Virus record (IMG/VR): IMGVR_UViG_3300031857_000027
Direction: 5' to 3' (one strand)
Length of the DNA stretch: 64,000 nt
From: a virus
In this document: one piece after another, positions 1-9,136 of the stretch
Position numbering within the stretch: the first letter of the stretch is position 1
Layout: each line of letters starts with the position of its first letter
Position numbers and translations under genes: made by a program
Notes under the pieces: generated by a model
What the model was told of the DNA's origin: nothing
Database searches by the model: none
What the model saw: only the letters and a program-made list of their open reading frames with translations

Positions 1-74
1 TGCTGTTCACAGGTCGGGAATTCCAATCCTCAGAGTCTTGTTAAACTCTTACATATCACCCTAAACAACACTTC

Positions 75-130
75 TGGTGGACTAGGTGGGAGTCGAACCC
101 ACGTCCAGAATGCCTTCACTTTGAAGGGAT
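75..130 (-). ncRNA. ssrA: tmRNA acceptor piece (3' tRNA-like domain), probably a permuted two-piece gene continuing beyond the window start
   Basis: Minus strand reads ...TCTGGAC-GTGGG-TTCGACT-CCCAC-CTAGTCC-A-CCA: GAC linker, T-arm, acceptor 3' strand with U70 and encoded CCA. There is no anticodon arm and no adjacent upstream 5' half. A hairpin-closed intervening segment follows. Confidence 0.7.
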
Positions 131-1302
131 TACAACAATTCTTTCAAACGTTCTTCTATTCCAAGATTTTTAATATTTTGCACATAACTTAGAACTGGCC
201 AAGACCCTATGCTTCTTTCAAATGAAACTGTATGTGGTTTTTTTAAAGTTTTTTCATCCAAAGCTACTTTTATAATTTCAGAAAATTTAGTTTTATTTTT
301 AAAATTTTCTTTTATAATATTTTCACCTAATTTTTGAGCATATTTCCAAAACTCGTTATTATATACTGAGCCTGAAAAATAATGCAAGCATATCATTGCT
401 TCAGTTTCGGTTATTTCTCTTTTATAGAATTCATTTACTGCATTTTGATTAAATTCTTTCGTATACCAATAATCAAAAGAAAGTCTATTAATATAATCTG
501 AAAATCCCGTAGATGTAGCCTCAAGTGGTTCAAGAAAATAAGAAGCGTTACCATTGTAACAAACTCTAACATCAAAATTTTGTTTTCTGGAATAATTTCT
601 AAATTTTAGTTTTCTAGTCGCCGTTGGCACCAAATTAAATTCATCAAGTATGTCCTGAACTTCCGTTATGATATCCTCTTCAGTACAATATTGATCATTA
701 TAAACATAACCTATGGCGCATCTATTTTTTAATGGTATTCCAAAAACCCAACCAAATTTTTTGGCGAATGTTAATGAATAAAAAAATTTCGGCATATCCC
801 AAGGACACTGAAATACCATAGCGGCATTTACTGGTATGTGATCATGAACAGTATAATCTTCCATCAAATCTTTAGGTGATCCAGTACACATCATAACATA
901 ATCACTATCAACAGAATCAGGAGTTGGTATATTTGATTCTATCAAATTAACTCTTGGATCATTCCTCATTTTTTCAAAGATATAATCTTGTAACTGAACT
1001 GCATTGAAATGTAGTCCATGGTCACCAGCAAGAAATGTGTGTTTAAAATCTTCGCCTTGACCCCAGTTTCTTTTCCAAATACCCAGTTTTGGAGTAGAGT
1101 TCACATTATCCATGTCAACGCTACTAAATCCTAACGTTTCTCTGAGAGATTTCGGAAATATTAAATTCGTTCCTTCTCCTACCGGAGTAGTTTCAATAAG
1201 AGGATCATAAATCCAATCTATATTCCAATTGGTATATCTAAGATAATGTGCTACTGATAAGCAACCAACCGTGCCTCTACCAACTATCGCTATTTTTTTC
1301 AT
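130..1302 (-). CDS. Flavin-dependent tryptophan-halogenase-like protein
   Basis: N-terminal GRGTVG FAD motif, VGEGT, GWVFGIPL and FLEPLEATSTG motifs. Confidence 0.8.
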   Translation of the reverse strand: MKKIAIVGRGTVGCLSVAHYLRYTNWNIDWIYDPLIETTPVGEGTNLIFPKSLRETLGFSSVDMDNVNSTPKLGIWKRNWGQGEDFKHTFLAGDHGLHFNAVQLQDYIFEKMRNDPRVNLIESNIPTPDSVDSDYVMMCTGSPKDLMEDYTVHDHIPVNAAMVFQCPWDMPKFFYSLTFAKKFGWVFGIPLKNRCAIGYVYNDQYCTEEDIITEVQDILDEFNLVPTATRKLKFRNYSRKQNFDVRVCYNGNASYFLEPLEATSTGFSDYINRLSFDYWYTKEFNQNAVNEFYKREITETEAMICLHYFSGSVYNNEFWKYAQKLGENIIKENFKNKTKFSEIIKVALDEKTLKKPHTVSFERSIGSWPVLSYVQNIKNLGIEERLKELL

Positions 1303-1310
1303 AGTTTATA

Positions 1311-1481
1311 TCAGTTTGAAGAAATTACTTCAAACCCTTCTTGTTCTATTTTTCTTTGAAACTCATTTTTCTTTGCTGCATACCAACCCCATGAACCAAA
1401 GAAAGTAGTACCTGGATTAGGACCTTGCTCTCTCAAGTACGCATCAAGTTTTTGGTCGTATTCTTTTTCAGTAATTTGCAT
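1311..1481 (-). CDS. Small hypothetical protein (56 aa, MQITEKEYDQKL...)
   Basis: Translated by eye; fills the gap between flanking genes; below the ORF-track cutoff. Confidence 0.55.
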   Translation of the reverse strand: MQITEKEYDQKLDAYLREQGPNPGTTFFGSWGWYAAKKNEFQRKIEQEGFEVISSN

Positions 1482-1482
1482 A

Positions 1483-2013
1483 TCACACCGTTGTGAATCT
1501 TGCTGAACCTTTGCTCGTTCTTCCTGGTTTCAGCGGCTTGTCAGATTTTGGTTTTGTTTCTGTTTGAAACGGTGCATGTGGCTTATTGAAAGCCATCTTG
1601 CCTACATTCTCTGTCTTGCCGTGACCTGGGAATCCTGTTTTGTTTGTTCCGTGTAGGGTCGCTGTTTTTCCATCGTGATGTAAGATTGAGTCTTGATTAT
1701 AATGTTCTCCATGTTTTTTAATATCATGGAGGAGTTGTTTGCCGTGTTCATCTCCTTTTCCTTTTGCATGTACCAATATAGACTTTTCTTTACCACCTTC
1801 CCAATGACCTTCAACTTCTTTGTGAGTGTAGCCTTGTGCAGTCAGTTTCTTTTTAAGTTCTTCATGATGCTTCTTATTTTGTTCTGGCGATACTTCATCA
1901 TGTGGTCGCTGTGAGGAAATAACAGCATAGTGCCTACCCTCTTCAGCGTGTTTAGCCAGTCTTGCCAGCGTGTTACCTTCATCTAATTGAGTATGTTGTT
2001 TAAATGATAGCAT
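1483..2013 (-). CDS. His/Lys-rich protein, DUF3293-like, probable internal head protein
   Basis: MLSFKQ...LDE N-terminus; ISS..R, EKS, YNQDSIL motifs. Confidence 0.5.
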   Translation of the reverse strand: MLSFKQHTQLDEGNTLARLAKHAEEGRHYAVISSQRPHDEVSPEQNKKHHEELKKKLTAQGYTHKEVEGHWEGGKEKSILVHAKGKGDEHGKQLLHDIKKHGEHYNQDSILHHDGKTATLHGTNKTGFPGHGKTENVGKMAFNKPHAPFQTETKPKSDKPLKPGRTSKGSARFTTV

Positions 2014-2028
2014 GATGCCCCCAAAATG

Positions 2029-2694
2029 TCAAGCATATTTATTAATCATCTCAATCAATGGTTGCCGATAATCGTGAATCTGCTTTTCAAATACTTGCGC
2101 TGGTCCTTCTTCGGTAGCAATCAATACCACAATATCATCAATCCAAATACCAGTTCGTTCAGCAAACATTAGTGCATATGCTGTACACTGCATAAAGTAA
2201 TTCTGAATATAATGCTCGTTCTTCTGCTTGGTGGAAGTCTTAAAGTCAATGACCGATAACTTACCATTCCATTCGGCAATCAAGTCTACACGACCAGCAA
2301 TACGGTATTTGTCAGAGTATAGTGCTTGTTCTTGTGAATAAACATTACCAACATTCTCATCAATGATTGGCTTGATTTTGAAGAATAGTTCCTTCAGATC
2401 AGGCATCAACATTTGCATTCTAAAATCGTTTATTTCATTGTTGATGTAATCTTCACAAATCTTGTGTACCTTTGTGCCACGATTTGATGCCTTGCGTGAT
2501 ATCTCGTTTGCTCGTTCTTCACCTACGGCCTGTCGCCACTCATAGATTGCTTGTTTGTTGAAATGAGAAAGCACCGTAGTGATAGACCTATACTGATTGC
2601 CTTCTGGCGTAGTATACAATCTACCACTATCGGTGGTTTCTGCTTTTAAGTCAAATTGTAATTGGGGTAAAATTACATGTTCAAATGTTCGCAT
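2029..2694 (-). CDS. PD-(D/E)XK exonuclease (T4-like phage type)
   Basis: SITTVL, RGTKVH, AGRVD...IDFKTS, YFMQCTAYA. Confidence 0.85.
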   Translation of the reverse strand: MRTFEHVILPQLQFDLKAETTDSGRLYTTPEGNQYRSITTVLSHFNKQAIYEWRQAVGEERANEISRKASNRGTKVHKICEDYINNEINDFRMQMLMPDLKELFFKIKPIIDENVGNVYSQEQALYSDKYRIAGRVDLIAEWNGKLSVIDFKTSTKQKNEHYIQNYFMQCTAYALMFAERTGIWIDDIVVLIATEEGPAQVFEKQIHDYRQPLIEMINKYA

Positions 2695-2876
2695 TATGTA
2701 AAGTAGTGATTTCGGCTGTGGTGTGGATAACTTTGTCTAGGATACTTCTTTTCTATCTTTGCAGTGATATTGTCTTTTTCTATTTGTGATAATTCTGTGG
2801 TCATTTCTTTTTCAATTTCTCTGGTGATGTACTCATTCAGAAGTGCTACTTTTTTCTGCAAAGATTTTTTAGCCAT
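2694..2876 (-). CDS. Hypothetical protein
   Basis: ORF with RBS-like AGGGG, translationally coupled. Confidence 0.5.
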   Translation of the reverse strand: MAKKSLQKKVALLNEYITREIEKEMTTELSQIEKDNITAKIEKKYPRQSYPHHSRNHYFT

Positions 2877-2909
2877 ATATGCCCCTTTGTAAAAGTTAGC
2901 ATAATGTAG

Positions 2910-3215
2910 TTACTGCCCAAATTTTCCTAGATGCTTGTCCACGATACGTTGTGTTTGTGATTCTCTGATAGATTTCTTGCCGTGTTTGTTTGCAACGGAA
3001 GATTGTTTGTGATTCTCGGAAACTTTTGCTAGAACTTCTTTAAAGCCGTCTGGTACTTTACCAGTAATTGATACGCCACTGACAATTGACATGGCGCCAA
3101 GATGAATTTGTTGAATGTGTGAATTTTCTTTGAGATATTCCTCTTTGCCGGAAAGGCTTAGAAGTTTCTCAAACGTTTCACCAGTTTCAGTATTTAAAAA
3201 ATCGTATGTTGGCAT
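2910..3215 (-). CDS. FmdB-like regulatory protein
   Basis: MPTYDF..TGETFE start typical of the FmdB-like family. Confidence 0.55.
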   Translation of the reverse strand: MPTYDFLNTETGETFEKLLSLSGKEEYLKENSHIQQIHLGAMSIVSGVSITGKVPDGFKEVLAKVSENHKQSSVANKHGKKSIRESQTQRIVDKHLGKFGQ

Positions 3216-3757
3216 TATGCAGGTATGTACCAATTAGGTGCAGGTCGTTTTGTCCATCGTGCAAAACGTGTTTTCTTTTCATTGTAGTATTTATGATATG
3301 AAGCCAACGAATTATTGGTTATTTTACAGTCATCAGGCATTGCTGGTGTTGGTTCAGTTTCACTCAACCCGACAGGAATCTTTTCTGGTAGTTTAGCCAG
3401 ATCGTCTTTCAATCTTGCACACGCATGTACTTTGCCATAACGATATGTATACTCGTCTAGTAAATGCACCCACATTTCGTACAGCCATTTGTAATTCAAA
3501 TGGTTTGCCCTAGCCCAAACGTTTGATGGATGATTAACATGTGATGCTTTCATCAATCGTTGTTCACGGTCATCGGGCAAACGCCAGCGTTTAATCTTAC
3601 GATTATTTGCAGTCAAATCATAATACTCTTGACCGTCACGGATCCGATGCGCCGTTGATAACAATTGTGCGTACTCAATGATCATCTTCACCACGTGTTT
3701 ATCGCAGTGTTGTTCGGCACACGTTTTCGGATCGTGATCTAGATAAAAGATATTCAT
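3215..3757 (-). CDS. Pyrimidine dimer DNA glycosylase / endonuclease V-like
   Basis: MNIFYLD..CA..HCDKHVVKMIIEYAQLLSTAH, HVNHPS, YTYRYGKVH. Confidence 0.8.
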   Translation of the reverse strand: MNIFYLDHDPKTCAEQHCDKHVVKMIIEYAQLLSTAHRIRDGQEYYDLTANNRKIKRWRLPDDREQRLMKASHVNHPSNVWARANHLNYKWLYEMWVHLLDEYTYRYGKVHACARLKDDLAKLPEKIPVGLSETEPTPAMPDDCKITNNSLASYHKYYNEKKTRFARWTKRPAPNWYIPA

Positions 3758-4032
3758 CAGAAGCAAAAGAATTTACAACTTACATGACCTTCAGAAGGAC
3801 GATTTTTTTGTTGAATTTGCAAATGTGTGAGTTCTTTCAAGTGCTGATACTTGAGTTCTGACTCACGGCGTTCCATTTCACGTTCCAACTGTTCAACACG
3901 AACAATTTTCTCACGCAGCAGTTCTTGATCGTTCAGGCTTCGTGGATTCATAACAGGATCACGAACAGTGGTGCCACACGCCGTCAGAAGCAATAACGGC
4001 GCAAGAAAAAACAATTTACTTTTTATCTTCAT
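3757..4032 (-). CDS. Putative lipoprotein
   Basis: Signal peptide with LTAC lipobox. Confidence 0.55.
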   Translation of the reverse strand: MKIKSKLFFLAPLLLLTACGTTVRDPVMNPRSLNDQELLREKIVRVEQLEREMERRESELKYQHLKELTHLQIQQKNRPSEGHVSCKFFCF

Positions 4033-4258
4033 CTTTATCCTCCGGTGTCATCTTACTCATAATATAAACCAGCGCAATGAATTGAACTGCACCATGTAAA
4101 CCAGAAAGTGCAAACAATCCCATAAAAAATACTACGATATTAAACTTCTGTCTATCAGTAAATAAATTACCATAAAAATTGGCAGTGCCAATAGCATCAA
4201 CGGCCTGTTGCTCAAGTTGTAGATACTTGGCCGCAAGCCACTGTTTAAGTTTTGACAT
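4016..4258 (-). CDS. Small membrane protein
   Basis: Hydrophobic C-terminal half; GAGG RBS. Confidence 0.55.
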   Translation of the reverse strand: MSKLKQWLAAKYLQLEQQAVDAIGTANFYGNLFTDRQKFNIVVFFMGLFALSGLHGAVQFIALVYIMSKMTPEDKDEDKK

Positions 4259-4359
4259 TTTCACCTCATAAAAGATGGGGCACGTGGATGTCTCCCGACA
4301 TTCATTGTTGTTTAATGGCTAGCCTATTGCACCGCTGACGGCAGCCACCCCGAAACTGA

Positions 4360-4797
4360 TTATTCGGTGATTTCGGTTACTTCATCCTCAATCACAGGTG
4401 CAACTGGTGCTGCAACCTTAGCAGGTTTTGCAGCCTTAGCAGGTTTTGCTTTCAGAGCAGCCAACGATTTCACTGGCTTGCTTGCAAACTTACTGGCAGA
4501 AGGTTTCAATGTAACCTGACCAGGAACAAACGACTCAGCACCAACAGACTTTAGATAGTCTTTGATAACTTGAGGATTTGTAATCTGATAGCCAGTCACA
4601 TTACGACCATCTTTGATGACTTTCACAACACCATCAGTATTGGTTTTGATGTGCCAGATATAGGTTGACAAACGATAGGTATAGATATCGCTACCAAGTT
4701 TAGATTCAATCTCATCTTTAGTAACAACATCACCTTCTTGCAACAGTGTCAACAGTTTGACAAAAGGAGGCAAAGCGCCTGATTTGGTACGTGCCAT
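4360..4797 (-). CDS. Putative DNA-binding protein (wHTH-like, PAK/AAK basic tail)
   Basis: AGGAG RBS; histone-like KAKPAKAAKPAK tail. Confidence 0.5.
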   Translation of the reverse strand: MARTKSGALPPFVKLLTLLQEGDVVTKDEIESKLGSDIYTYRLSTYIWHIKTNTDGVVKVIKDGRNVTGYQITNPQVIKDYLKSVGAESFVPGQVTLKPSASKFASKPVKSLAALKAKPAKAAKPAKVAAPVAPVIEDEVTEITE

Positions 4798-4861
4798 AAT
4801 AAAAACTCCTATTCAACGAATGAAACTATATGATAACATGGTACTGAAACTTTGGCAAGCA

Positions 4862-5254
4862 TTACAGTACCTCGTTTTTCCGACCAAGACCCGCAGGATT
4901 CATGCCAGGAGTAACATAGACATAATTACCCTTGTGCATTGGTGCCGTACAGGATGCAACATCAGCCACAATCTCACGGTCGGAAGCGGTGAGTTTGTGG
5001 AAATCTTTCATAATACCAGTCTTAGTCAAAGCACCCTTGTGTGTGTCTGGAAGACTCGGAATGTGCTTGGTGCTGCGTACCACACGACTCGGCATCAGTG
5101 GCTTAGCCGTGACTTTCTTAGGTGCAGCAGCAGGAAACCGACCACCAGAAGGCAGTGGAATCTTGTTGACCGAAGCAATAAAGTCTTGCTGTTCTTGCAA
5201 TTGCTTCTTTGTCAACTTCTTTTTCTTTGAACTGGAATAGATACGGATCATCAT
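4862..5254 (-). CDS. Conserved phage hypothetical protein
   Basis: Follows a sigma70 promoter; APMHKGNYVYV C-terminal motif. Confidence 0.6.
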   Translation of the reverse strand: MMIRIYSSSKKKKLTKKQLQEQQDFIASVNKIPLPSGGRFPAAAPKKVTAKPLMPSRVVRSTKHIPSLPDTHKGALTKTGIMKDFHKLTASDREIVADVASCTAPMHKGNYVYVTPGMNPAGLGRKNEVL

Positions 5255-5263
5255 AACAATACC

Positions 5264-5292
5264 ATTATATCAAGGGTTGAGCCACTTGTCAA
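5264..5292 (-). promoter_or_regulatory. Early sigma70 promoter
   Basis: TTGACA-17-TATAAT. Confidence 0.85.
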
Positions 5293-5645
5293 GAGGTAAT
5301 TTTCTCTTTTACCTTTGTGATATGCTTACATTTGTTGTGATATTTGAAACCAATGCAGGAACAAGAAAAATGCTCATTTGACAATGTTACCAAATATTCA
5401 CCTTTTGTACCGGCAACTTTGAACTTGCGGATATTTGTTGTCGTACCTTTAAGTATTTTCAGATTGACAACATTTGCAAGATTGATAACTGATATTGGAA
5501 ATTCTTTGCTATCAGTTTGTAAACAGAATTCGTTAGCATCTAGCCAACGATATGGTTTGACCACGACACCTGTAAAAGTTGTCGCTTTAGTAATATATTG
5601 ACAATCTACGGTGACTGTCGAACCAACAGAAGGTAGAGTTTTCAT
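5289..5645 (-). CDS. SWIM zinc-finger protein
   Basis: CSCIGF...CKHI. Confidence 0.75.
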   Translation of the reverse strand: MKTLPSVGSTVTVDCQYITKATTFTGVVVKPYRWLDANEFCLQTDSKEFPISVINLANVVNLKILKGTTTNIRKFKVAGTKGEYLVTLSNEHFSCSCIGFKYHNKCKHITKVKEKITS

Positions 5646-5654
5646 AGTACATAT

Positions 5655-5704
5655 AGTATACCAGAAACCCTACCTTCTGTCAAGCGTGTTGTATTTCTAC
5701 AACA
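5655..5704 (-). promoter_or_regulatory. Early sigma70 promoter with upstream TGTTG-N8-CAACA palindrome
   Basis: TTGACA-17-TATACT; TGTTGTATTTCTACAACA at 5687-5704. Confidence 0.8.
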
Positions 5705-5712
5705 ATTTTATT

Positions 5713-8190
5713 TTATGTACTCCATTTGACAATAACAACACCTGAACCACCGGCACTGGCGGCTTGTCCACCTTGTTGAGCATAACCTCCACCACCGCCG
5801 CCAGTATTATTGATAGCTGCTGAAGCTGCCTGACTTATTACTCCAGCAACGGCACCATTTGCACCACCAAAAGGAGTTCCTAACCAAGGTGAACCGCTTG
5901 AATAAGAAGCGTAGCCACCACCACCCCGACCCATTTGAGGATTTGGTGAAGGGTTAGCGTTTCTGCCACCACCACCGCCACCAGCATATGCAACATTAGC
6001 ACCAGTGATTGAAGAGAAAATACCGATACCTCCGTTGGCATCAAAAGCACCACCGCCCACACCACCGGCACCACCGCCACCACCAGCATTATAAGGCTCA
6101 CTAGTGCCAAGTCCATCCCCACCATTGAAGCCTTGTCGTGTTCCACTATTCCACGGTGATCCAGGATAAACCCCGGCGCCACCACCGGTACCAGAAGGAC
6201 CCGCCCTACCTCCACCACCTGAACCACCATTTTGTCCACCCGCCTGCACATTACCGCCGCCGGTGCCACCACCTATTGAAGTTACATTTGAAAATGGTGT
6301 TGGTCCAACAATTGATGAATTTGTTCCGTTAGTTGAAACTCCTCCTCCACCACCAACTGTAATTGTATATGTGATCTCAGAGTTTACAGAAAGTCCGGAA
6401 CCCGATAGTACACCACCAGCGCCACCTCCGCCACCGCTTCTGCCGCCAGGTGTGCCTCCGCCTCCGCCGCCACCACCAGCAATCACAAGATATTCTATAT
6501 TAGTGACTCCTGTAGGTGGAGCAAATGTTCCAGTAGAATTAAAGATTACAAAATTATTTTGTGGACGATTCGCTCTAATAATTACAATGCCGCCACCGCC
6601 AGTTGTTCCACCGCTACCACCACCGCCACCACCACCAGTTTGAGATACTCCATTAGCAGCAGGAAGTGCAGGTGAAGGTTGGTTGCTATTGCCACCGCCA
6701 CCGGCGCCGCCGAGTGCTGCTGGTCCGGCTCTTGTGTAACCGGCACCACCACCAGCGTATCCTGTGTTTGATCCTGAAATTGTGGAGAATATTCCTACGC
6801 CGCCATTTCCACCAAAGTCGGCACCCGGTCCATATCCACTACCACCTGCCGCACCGGCACCACCGCCACCACCAGCACCACCTCCATTAAACGCTCCAAA
6901 GAATGTGCCATTTCCACCACCATAACCTTCGGGTGGATTGTAACCTCCTGCATTACCGGAGCCACCTACTCTAGAGTTTCCTGGCCAACCATCTCCCGAA
7001 GCACCTCCACCTGAACCGCCTGAGCCACCCGCACCATCACCGTTTCCTCCGGTTGCGGCACGACCACCACCAGTTGTCCAAATGGCGCTTCCACCCGATG
7101 GAGTTAAAAAGAATCCACTATTCGAACCTGCTGTTGAAAAAGCACCACCACCGCCAACCACCACAGTAAATTGTGTTCTTAAACTTACTGGATATCCCGT
7201 ACCACTTCTAAGTCCTCCGGCTCCACCTCCGCCACTACCGCCACCGCCACCACCAGCAACAACGAGATAATCAATCGTTGTAACATCATTAGGAAGAACA
7301 ATTTGTCCTGTGTTTGCAAAAACAAAAATTCCGTTGACAGTGAGCGGTTCAGTATAACGAAAAATGACAACACCTGAACCACCGGCCGCACCATTAATTG
7401 TATCGTTTCCTCCACCTCCACCACCACCTCTATTGGTGCTTCCAGATGTTAATGATGCTGGAGTTCCTCCATTGCCACCACCACCCGTTCCACCGAAACC
7501 TGATGGACCTGTGCTTGGGAAAGCACCCCCACCACCTCCACCAGCATATCCTGTGTTTGATCCCGAAAATGTTGAAAATATTCCTACGCCACCATTGCCA
7601 CCAACACTAGATGTTCCATTTGCACCAACTGCACCTGCACCGCCACCACCACCGGCACCATAATTTCCACTACTACCCCAATTTATACCACCATTATTCC
7701 CTTGGCCAGGTGTGCCTAAACCGGCATTCCGTGTAAACCCCACACCAGCACCACCCCCTGAACCACCAGAAGCACCATCTCCGTTTTGAGTAGGTGAGGA
7801 TGGTGTTCTTCCACCACCGCCACCACCGCCAATAGACCATAGTGAAGTTGACGATGTATAAAATCCTGAATTCGTTCCATTTGATGCAGCAGTTGCATCG
7901 GATGTTCCACCTGCACCACCCGAACCAACTATGATGGTATATGTCTCTAGAGGTGTTACACCGAAACTGGCGCCGGTAAGATAACCACCAGCACCGCCAC
8001 CTCCACCTCCACGGCCACCTCCACCTCCACCGGCGACAACAACATAATCCACCCGAGTGACACCTGAGGGTACAGTCCATATTCCTGTTGTGGTGAATAT
8101 TCTACTTACTGTAGAACCTGTAGAGACCTCTCTTCCAATAAGTTTAAATGATGCTAAAATACTCGAACTTAAAGATGCTAAAATAGGCAT
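5713..8190 (-). CDS. Glycine-rich repeat virion protein (three modules)
   Basis: Three modules beginning ..DYxVVAGGGGGG.. and ending GG(S)GVVI; about 35-40% Gly by eye. Confidence 0.75.
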   Translation of the reverse strand: MPILASLSSSILASFKLIGREVSTGSTVSRIFTTTGIWTVPSGVTRVDYVVVAGGGGGGRGGGGGGAGGYLTGASFGVTPLETYTIIVGSGGAGGTSDATAASNGTNSGFYTSSTSLWSIGGGGGGGRTPSSPTQNGDGASGGSGGGAGVGFTRNAGLGTPGQGNNGGINWGSSGNYGAGGGGGAGAVGANGTSSVGGNGGVGIFSTFSGSNTGYAGGGGGGAFPSTGPSGFGGTGGGGNGGTPASLTSGSTNRGGGGGGGNDTINGAAGGSGVVIFRYTEPLTVNGIFVFANTGQIVLPNDVTTIDYLVVAGGGGGGSGGGGAGGLRSGTGYPVSLRTQFTVVVGGGGAFSTAGSNSGFFLTPSGGSAIWTTGGGRAATGGNGDGAGGSGGSGGGASGDGWPGNSRVGGSGNAGGYNPPEGYGGGNGTFFGAFNGGGAGGGGGAGAAGGSGYGPGADFGGNGGVGIFSTISGSNTGYAGGGAGYTRAGPAALGGAGGGGNSNQPSPALPAANGVSQTGGGGGGGSGGTTGGGGIVIIRANRPQNNFVIFNSTGTFAPPTGVTNIEYLVIAGGGGGGGGTPGGRSGGGGGAGGVLSGSGLSVNSEITYTITVGGGGGVSTNGTNSSIVGPTPFSNVTSIGGGTGGGNVQAGGQNGGSGGGGRAGPSGTGGGAGVYPGSPWNSGTRQGFNGGDGLGTSEPYNAGGGGGAGGVGGGAFDANGGIGIFSSITGANVAYAGGGGGGRNANPSPNPQMGRGGGGYASYSSGSPWLGTPFGGANGAVAGVISQAASAAINNTGGGGGGYAQQGGQAASAGGSGVVIVKWST

Positions 8191-8192
8191 TT

Positions 8193-8762
8193 TTAACCCA
8201 ACCCAAATAAAGTATTTGCTGCAATTACTGTATACGCATTTGCTGCCGTTTTAAAAATAGAATAACTGAACAGATTTACTTCACCATTTACGATAGAGAT
8301 ACTTGCAGGTCTTGTATTCGCTGCATAAAATATGGAATTGGGAGTACCGGAAAACTGACCAGTTATCAGTCCACCATCAATGTGTAGGTTTGCCGAATGT
8401 CTTTGAGTTCCGTGTTTTACGGCTATGGCAACTGTAGTAGTTTCACCAATCGTAGTTGCGGAGTCAAAAGTATGTGTGCTATTTGCACGGAGATTGAATG
8501 TTACATTGGCCGTAGTATTGGCATTAAAGAAATACACTGTGCTATCAGCAACGTCAATATTAACATTACCACCAACCGCTATTGTGGAAATGTTTGCTTC
8601 TTCTAAAACACGTGTCAGGGAAACGCTAAGATTTTGTGCCAACTTTGGTGAAGTAATGGCAGCATCAATTAGCTTTGATGTGGTAACATTGGCCTCAGCC
8701 AATTTTGATGTGGTGACATTAGCATCAGCCAAAGCACCAGCTAGAATTCTTGTTAATGGCAT
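8193..8762 (-). CDS. Virion structural / tail-fibre-associated protein
   Basis: ANVTTSKL repeats; late promoter TATAAATA at about 8781-8788. Confidence 0.6.
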   Translation of the reverse strand: MPLTRILAGALADANVTTSKLAEANVTTSKLIDAAITSPKLAQNLSVSLTRVLEEANISTIAVGGNVNIDVADSTVYFFNANTTANVTFNLRANSTHTFDSATTIGETTTVAIAVKHGTQRHSANLHIDGGLITGQFSGTPNSIFYAANTRPASISIVNGEVNLFSYSIFKTAANAYTVIAANTLFGLG

Positions 8763-8780
8763 AGTAGTCTCCTATTCGCT

Positions 8781-8788
8781 TATTTATA
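8781..8788 (-). promoter_or_regulatory. T4-type late promoter
   Basis: TATAAATA upstream of an RBS and structural genes. Confidence 0.7.
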
Positions 8789-8806
8789 CGAACAGGAGAC
8801 TTGACC

Positions 8807-8983
8807 TTAACCTTTGAGGAGTTGTTGTGTACCTTCGGAACGCAGGTCTTCTTCAAATTCCTGCATGTTCAATCTGGCTAGTTCGGAACGCAGACTTTCC
8901 AGTTGAACTTTGTCTACATTGGACTCAGCAATCTTGTCCTCAAGTTCACGTATGCGTTTTCTAATTTGTTCTTTATATGACAT
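8807..8983 (-). CDS. Small coiled-coil hypothetical protein
   Basis: MSYKEQIRKRIRELE..., coupled to the upstream ORF. Confidence 0.5.
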   Translation of the reverse strand: MSYKEQIRKRIRELEDKIAESNVDKVQLESLRSELARLNMQEFEEDLRSEGTQQLLKG

Positions 8984-9136
8984 AATCTTTTTCCTGCTTG
9001 AGCAAGCGGTAGAGAGACTTATCATGATGCTTTTGATTCTTCAATGGATGATTCTCATACTGCTCACGGTTTTTGTGAAATTTGGTTTTCTTCGGTTTCT
9101 GAAATTTCTTACCGCCAGACAACATATTTATTGCTC

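Noticed and set aside
75-130. Ordinary tRNA or prophage att site
   Set aside because: No D or anticodon arms, the tmRNA-type GAC linker is present, and there is no integrase or host-like flank.
2029-2694. Cas4 / CRISPR system
   Set aside because: This is a PD-(D/E)XK nuclease without the four Fe-S cysteines; no repeat-spacer array or other cas genes are seen.
5880-8254. Pro/His/Arg-rich alternative-frame ORFs
   Set aside because: Artefacts of the GGT/GGC-rich glycine-repeat gene.
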